NCBI GenBank assembly: GCA_046715015.1
Contig: JBKJZU010000523.1
Location: 1 to 29,472, forward strand
Length of the DNA: 29,472 bases
Source: Micropepsaceae bacterium
GTDB lineage: Bacteria; Pseudomonadota; Alphaproteobacteria; Micropepsales; Micropepsaceae
Direction of reading: 5' to 3'
Shown: piece after piece, positions 28,015 through 29,472 of the stretch
How the letters are laid out: every line of letters begins with the position of its first letter
How positions within the stretch are numbered: position 1 is the first letter of the stretch
Position numbers and translations under genes: made by a program
The notes under the pieces: generated by a model
The model's database searches: none
What the model was told of the DNA's origin: nothing
Seen by the model: only the letters and a program-made list of their open reading frames with translations

Positions 28015-28710
28015 ATGCCGACGCTGACCAAAAGAACGATGCTGCGCGCCGCAATCGCCGTTGTGGTGGTCTTGGCTGTCGCATTCGCAGCCTCGCGCTG
28101 CGGATCGAACGAATACGCCGGCGTCGCCAGCATCGAAAGCTCGCGCGAATACCGGGATGCGACACTTGTCGCCGGCGCGTGGGCTCTGCCCGTCGCCGCC
28201 GCCTATCGCGCGGGACCGTTCGACTACCAGCGCAACCAAAGCTTTTGCGGCCCGGCCAGCGTCGTCAACGTGCAGCGCTCCCTGGGCCGCGCACAAACGC
28301 AAGACGATGTGTTGAACGGCACCGGCATCGCGACGATCTTCGGCCACACCTATTTCGGCCTGACGCTGGACGAACAAGCGAACCTCTTGCGCGAAAAGAC
28401 GGGCCTCTCAGTTCGCGTCCGCCGGAGCATGGGCGTCGAGGCGTTTCGAGCCGAGATGCGCCAAGCGAATGATCCGGCGCGCCGTTACGTGATCAACTTC
28501 CACCGCGGCCCGCTGTTCGGCCGCGGTCACGGCCACCACTCGCCGATCTTGGGCTATCTGGCTGAGGAAGATCTGGTCTTCGTCGGCGACGTCAACCGCG
28601 ACTTCGGCGGCGCGTGGCTTGTCAAATCCGCGCGGCTCTACGAAGCAATGGACACGACCGACGGCACCAGCGGCAAGACGCGCGGCCTGATCGTGATTGA
28701 GGTGCCCTGA
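28015..28710 (+). CDS. Phytochelatin synthase family (papain-fold) protein, short prokaryotic type with N-terminal signal/anchor
   Basis: QRNQSFCGPAS (Cys78), YVINFHR, GHHSP (His174), VGDVN (Asp192). Confidence 0.85.
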   Translation: MPTLTKRTMLRAAIAVVVVLAVAFAASRCGSNEYAGVASIESSREYRDATLVAGAWALPVAAAYRAGPFDYQRNQSFCGPASVVNVQRSLGRAQTQDDVLNGTGIATIFGHTYFGLTLDEQANLLREKTGLSVRVRRSMGVEAFRAEMRQANDPARRYVINFHRGPLFGRGHGHHSPILGYLAEEDLVFVGDVNRDFGGAWLVKSARLYEAMDTTDGTSGKTRGLIVIEVP

Positions 28711-29472
28711 TGCCCAACCGCCGCCTCTTCGAGAAACCCGGCATCTCCGTCGAAACGCTCGTCGACGGCGCGGGCCCGCTCGTGGTGATGATCCCCTCGC
28801 TCGGCCGCCCGGCGGAAGACTTCGATGATCTCGCGCGCCACGTCGTCGCTGCAGGCTTCACGGCCGCCCGCGTGCAGCCTCGCGCCATCGGACGAAGCAC
28901 GGGCCCGATGCAGGATCAAACGCTATTCGACCTCGCCGCCGACGCCGCACTTGTGATCGAAACGATGGGCGCCCCGGCAATCGTCATCGGTCACGCGTTC
29001 GGTCAACGCGAAGCGCGCGCGCTCGCAACCGCACGCCCGGACCTCGTGCGCGGTGTGGTGCTGCTCGCCGCCGGCGGCAAAGTGCCGATCCCGGAGAAGG
29101 CGCGCCAAGCACTATTCGGCTGCTTCGACGAAACGCTCACGCCAGCACAGCATCTGGAGAACGTGCGTGACGCCTTCTTCGCACCGGGCAACGACGCCAC
29201 CGTCTGGCGCGACGGCTGGCACGCCGCAACCGCCCGCCTGCAAAGCACCGCAACGCAAGTGACGCCGCTTGGAGATTGGTGGGGCGCAGGCACGGCGCCG
29301 TTGCTCGTCGTCCAAGCGTTGCAAGACGCGATCGCCCTTACCGGAAATGGCCGCGCGCTGAAAGCCGAATTCGGCGACCGCGTCACGCTCATCGAAATCG
29401 ACGGCGCGGGCCATGCGATGCTGCCCGAGCAACCGGAGAAGATTGCCCAAGCGGTGCTCCCGTTCCTAGGGG
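28710..29472 (+). CDS. Alpha/beta-hydrolase-fold protein, 3'-truncated by window; nucleophile elbow GHAFG
   Basis: Absent from the ORF track (no stop in window). Translates MPNRRLFEK...MIPSLGR...VIGHAFGQR...VQALQDAIA...GAGHAMLPEQPE. TGATG overlap with the PCS-like gene. Confidence 0.85.
   Translation, partial: MPNRRLFEKPGISVETLVDGAGPLVVMIPSLGRPAEDFDDLARHVVAAGFTAARVQPRAIGRSTGPMQDQTLFDLAADAALVIETMGAPAIVIGHAFGQREARALATARPDLVRGVVLLAAGGKVPIPEKARQALFGCFDETLTPAQHLENVRDAFFAPGNDATVWRDGWHAATARLQSTATQVTPLGDWWGAGTAPLLVVQALQDAIALTGNGRALKAEFGDRVTLIEIDGAGHAMLPEQPEKIAQAVLPFLG

Noticed and set aside
926-29450. Numerous Arg/Ala-rich alternative-frame and antisense ORFs (e.g., 926-2254, 2221-3717, 12942-14129, 20113-20976, 24202-25290)
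   Set aside because: Expected in high-GC DNA; they overlap well-supported genes and show no recognisable motifs.

Overview
High-GC alphaproteobacterial chromosome segment (inferred from gene order), densely packed and mostly housekeeping. In order: 3' end of a probable DUF4340-type gene; DUF1223 CxxC protein; acnA; a crotonase coupled to ccmABCD; MarR regulator; Nudix hydrolase; small lipoprotein plus EI24/CysZ-like membrane protein; adenosine kinase; isolated hisE; a Zn/Mn ABC uptake operon (32-aa membrane peptide, ATPase, permease, binding protein, COG0523 GTPase, WD40 protein); dnaJ-dnaK with an RpoH-type promoter; two unrecognised genes between dnaK and grpE; grpE-hrcA; rph-rdgB-hemW; LpoA-like lipoprotein; rsmI-yraN-BON lipoprotein-SirB1-like gene; an exported phytochelatin-synthase-like protein; and a partial alpha/beta hydrolase lacking the catalytic Ser. 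I saw no mobile element, rRNA, tRNA or CRISPR array. Best leads: (1) the exported PCS-like protein coupled to the Ser-less hydrolase; (2) a metal-uptake operon ending in a cytoplasmic COG0523/WD40 pair, with His-tailed subunits and no visible Zur box; (3) a nested palindromic element apparently read in frame in the HemW N-terminus; (4) single-base G/T changes in near-invariant DnaK and HemW motifs, which could be real alleles or sequence errors. All product calls come from motif recognition, not database searches.
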